This document shows, one piece after another, positions 62,666 to 64,000 of a DNA stretch of 64,000 bases. Numbering within the stretch: position 1 is the first letter of the stretch; each line of letters opens with the position of its first letter. Origin of the DNA: Vermamoeba vermiformis (Eukaryota); assembly GCA_045837725.1 (NCBI GenBank), contig JBEWZL010000163.1, positions 124,001-188,000 on the forward strand, given 5' to 3'. The position numbers and the translations under genes are program-made. The notes beneath the pieces are model-generated. The model saw only the letters and a list, made by a program, of their open reading frames with translations, was not told where the DNA came from and did not search any database.

Positions 62666-62895
62666 TGCCTTCGTAAAATTACAATAACTTGTCGCACGAC
62701 CAACTTACTATGCACTTGCCTTTTTTGGTAATAAGCATTATTTTCGCAAACTACATCTGTCTCATCGTTCAATGGTACGCAGCAGATCGTGTTTGAGTTC
62801 GAGTTCATTTGACAGTATTTTACAAAATTACAAGCGAGAGATGGCCGTTGACTGCGCACCAGCGCTCTCCCAAATTAGGCAAGGGGTAGTTGCCA

Positions 62896-63867
62896 TTAAA
62901 GGAAGGCAATTTCACCTTCAGGACTCAGTGATTCGGGCAATGATTGTCGCCGCCGAGGGTCTTTTTTGCCCTGCAGTGTGAAGTTCTTAAAGCCCTCTGG
63001 CAGCGCAGTGCCTTCACTCGCTGCATCGGCCTGTGCCACTCCATTCACGTGCGTGGTACTCGCGGTGTTGTTGATGTTCGTGTTGTTCATATTCACACCT
63101 TTCATCCGCGCAGCATTCTTCAGTCGAATGTCGTTGTACTTCTGAAATGCATTCGCGTTCCACGAGCGTTGTTGCACGAGGACTTTGGCACCCGTGACAG
63201 CGTGTGAGGGCGGCACTTGACCCTGCTGATAGTGCGGGTTGTTGAAGCTGTACGGTGTGGCGCCATTGAGATCGCTGTCGGACTGTGAGCGGAACATGCC
63301 TTTGCCTCCGCGCTCGAACAGTCGCAGCACGCGTATTGACGAGGCATTTGTTCGCTTCGCAGCCACGACTACGAGGGGCTGATCACCGTCCATCGGCTCA
63401 GCTTCAGGTGAGGGCTCAATAGCGACTGGTACGAGAGGCATTGAAGTCGGGCCTTGTGAAATCTCAATGCGCGGACTCTGCGGTGTGATGCGCGGTGAGC
63501 TGGAGCTCTCTTTGTGCGGTGACTTGGTGGGCAAGTGTACGTCCAACACTTCAAACGCCGCGAGTTTCTTGAAGTCTTGCAGCTGCGAGGCATTCAACTT
63601 GAGCACACTGAACTCGCGCTCTCGTGAGGACGATCGATTGCGACTGTGCATGTTGAGCGACTTGAGCCCTGGTTGAAGGGACTCGAGATCATCGCGCGAG
63701 GTCTCTTCGGCCACTTGTTCGAGCGGCTCTTCTTCTGCACCCTCGGCAATGGCTTCAAAACTGCTCGAGGTCTTGTTCCTCTTGCGCGCTGATCGCTTGG
63801 TCTTCCGCTTGGGCAGATTGTTCTTGCCGCCTGGCGTGACAGGATTGGCTGATCGAGGATGAGTCAC
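62896..63867 (-). CDS. 3' part of a low-complexity S/P/R-rich protein; the 5' part probably lies beyond the right edge of the window
   Basis: 323-aa ORF with host-like codon usage and no recognised domain. Confidence 0.55.
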   Translation of the reverse strand: MTHPRSANPVTPGGKNNLPKRKTKRSARKRNKTSSSFEAIAEGAEEEPLEQVAEETSRDDLESLQPGLKSLNMHSRNRSSSREREFSVLKLNASQLQDFKKLAAFEVLDVHLPTKSPHKESSSSPRITPQSPRIEISQGPTSMPLVPVAIEPSPEAEPMDGDQPLVVVAAKRTNASSIRVLRLFERGGKGMFRSQSDSDLNGATPYSFNNPHYQQGQVPPSHAVTGAKVLVQQRSWNANAFQKYNDIRLKNAARMKGVNMNNTNINNTASTTHVNGVAQADAASEGTALPEGFKNFTLQGKKDPRRRQSLPESLSPEGEIAFL

Positions 63868-64000
63868 GTGATCTCAATGTGCGCGATCAATTACCATGTT
63901 TACCTGAGCTGCTCTGACTCGGACTCGTGTTCGTCACGGTGTTACTTCGCTCACGACCCTTCACGACTGGGCCTGGCGTGTGCGCCTGTTCGACGTTAAT

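Noticed and set aside
1-64000. tRNA, rRNA or snoRNA genes
   Set aside because: I recognised none by eye. A tRNAscan-SE or Infernal run would be needed to exclude them.

Overview
Gene-dense, intron-rich eukaryotic genomic DNA with short GT-AG introns and AT-rich intergenic spacers. The gene content and style suggest a free-living protist, probably an amoebozoan (inference). About 25 host genes are readable: two tandem beta-propeller-like/BACK-like paralogs, a pseudokinase, a RING-H2 E3, an ATP-grasp enzyme, BLOC1S1, a receptor tyrosine-kinase-like gene, an MFSD1-like transporter, a DUSP, an aminotransferase, a WW-HECT E3, a PH-PRXL2 fusion, mS29/DAP3, a RasGAP-START protein, a glyoxylate reductase, a pentapeptide-repeat protein, a DENN protein, an F-box protein, an intronless imine-reductase-like gene and a START protein. 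The main find is an apparently intact 6.17-kb DNA transposon at 4036-10205, with 42-bp terminal inverted repeats and a 4-bp target-site duplication. It carries two divergent spliced genes. One is a 9-exon gene of about 948 aa, spliced by hand, that fuses a USP-like cysteine-protease domain, a Sola-like/DUF7869-type DDD transposase and a C-terminal chromodomain. The other is a 6-exon gene of about 393 aa with a BAH-like region. The element is strongly CpG-depleted relative to the host and sits about 30 bp upstream of the start codon of the second paralog. All family assignments come from motif recognition, not database searches.
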